Source of the DNA: Chiloscyllium plagiosum
Lineage: Eukaryota
NCBI RefSeq assembly: GCF_004010195.1
Contig: NC_057750.1
Coordinates: 13,036,958-13,056,957 of the forward strand
Length of the DNA stretch: 20,000 nt
Direction of reading: 5' to 3'
Position 1 is the first letter of the stretch; each line of letters starts with the position of its first letter. The notes beneath the pieces are model-generated. The model made no database searches. It saw nothing but the letters and a program-made list of their open reading frames with translations, and was not told the origin of the DNA. Below are positions 18,815 through 20,000 of the stretch, piece by piece. The position numbers were made by a program, and so were the translations under genes.

Positions 18815-19087
18815 GAGTCGAGAGTGTGGTGCTGGAAAAGTACAGCAGGTCAGGGTGCATCCGAGGAGCAGGAGAATTGACATTTTGGGCATAAACTCTT
18901 CATCAGGAATCCCGAAGATAAGCTTATGACAGAAACATTGATTCTCCTGCTCTTCGGATTCCTGATGAAGGTCTTATGCACGGAACGTCGACTCTCCTGC
19001 TCCTCGGATGCTGCCTGACCTGCTGTACGTTTCCAGCGCCACACTCTCGACTCTGATCTCCAGCATCTGCAGTCCTCCCTTTCTATC
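18815..19087 (+). mobile_element. PLE-derived fold-back element with an extra tandem hammerhead unit
   Basis: Arms ~18815-18910 and ~18958-19053, with an additional ~50-bp unit between them. Candidate 15-bp TSD TCTGGATACTCTGAG (18803-18817) / TCTGGACATTCTGAG (19088-19102). Confidence 0.85.
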
Positions 19088-19947
19088 TCTGGACATTCTG
19101 AGGCAATGAGATCAGCAGAGAGGAACTTCTTTAACTCCTGGGAAGATTTTGGAATCCACCTCTGAGCAGATTCCAAGATGGTGTCTGTTGCATGCTGGGA
19201 TCGTGACATTCGAGTGCCGCCCACCTTTAGTGGGAGCGGGGTGGTGGAGGGGAGAGGGATAAGCCAGAGATAGCTGGTGCCTGTGCCACTGACCCTTCCC
19301 CCTGCTCCTCCATCGGCAGGTAGCGGTCTCACTCTTTAGCACGGCTGCCCACTGCTCTCGGAGCATCGGTGAGCTGGGGTCGAATGGTGGCATCCATTTC
19401 CCAAGCTTCCCGGAGTAAGTGAAACCCCTCTATGCCTGCTTTTGCCATAGCAACCTTGCCCAGTTCCAAGAGTTGAACAGGATCACTGCTTCAAGCTTTG
19501 TTTGTTCCCAACTTGGGGAAGAAAGGAACTGGCAACTGTTTGTCTGGCAGATTTATACATGGAGACTGGAGCAGTAATAAATATCTACATTTAAATAAGA
19601 TCTAAACTGTTTTACATTAAAGCCTGTGGTTATGCATTGAACAGATAAAACACCATTATACAGTAATGAAAACCATAACAAATCAGGTCTTGCTTGAACC
19701 AACTTAAAATTCAAAATGGATTTACTCCTTGCCTTTTTCTCCTGCCATCAGTGCACAGATATCTCGCAAATGCCTTGGCATTTCAGGGACAATTAACCCT
19801 TTCATTCAACCCAGCTGCTTGTCTTTCCCCCATTTCTCTGCTAATTCTATGGGAAGTCGCTCAGGCTGCGTGTTCCCTCTGGGAATCGGTTGCTGTTACT
19901 TCAGTCAGTCACTGTGTTAGGGGCTCCACCTCATTTACAGGACTTTT

Positions 19948-20000
19948 GGGGAGGGGAGGGGAGGGAGAGGGAACGGGGATGGGGGAGGGGAAGGGTTGGG
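19948..20000 (+). other. G-rich tract matching the G-quadruplex pattern
   Basis: Ten runs of 3-5 G separated by 1-3 nt; runs off the window end. Confidence 0.7.

Noticed and set aside
18850..19393. 160-aa and 93-aa minus-strand ORFs
   Set aside because: No recognisable domain. The longer one runs into the PLE repeat, and all three plus-strand frames stop quickly.

Overview
Vertebrate, almost certainly elasmobranch (shark), genomic DNA. The taxon is inferred from HE1/V-SINE-type SINEs and HER1-type CR1 3' tails. It looks intronic or intergenic and is dominated by nested, decayed transposable elements: about 10 HE1-like V-SINE copies, about 12 pieces of a second tRNA-headed SINE, a third SINE, many CR1 LINE fragments (one retaining ORF1 esterase and ORF2 endonuclease remnants), a Rex1/Babar 3' end, a pogo/Tigger-like MITE, a (TCTA)n microsatellite and a SINE-derived minisatellite. 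No host protein-coding gene is supportable. The listed ORFs are repeat-derived or chance. The most notable signal is a set of Penelope-like element (PLE) ends with minimal hammerhead-ribozyme cores (CTGAnGA...GAAAcgTC). Seven copies of one short non-autonomous family are present; five are fold-back inverted repeats, four have 14-16 bp target-site duplications, and one is inserted into the hammerhead core of an older relative. A different PLE 3' fragment encodes a GIY-YIG endonuclease C-terminus (missed by the ORF track) followed by its own hammerhead. Family names come from my recall of consensus sequences, not from a database search.
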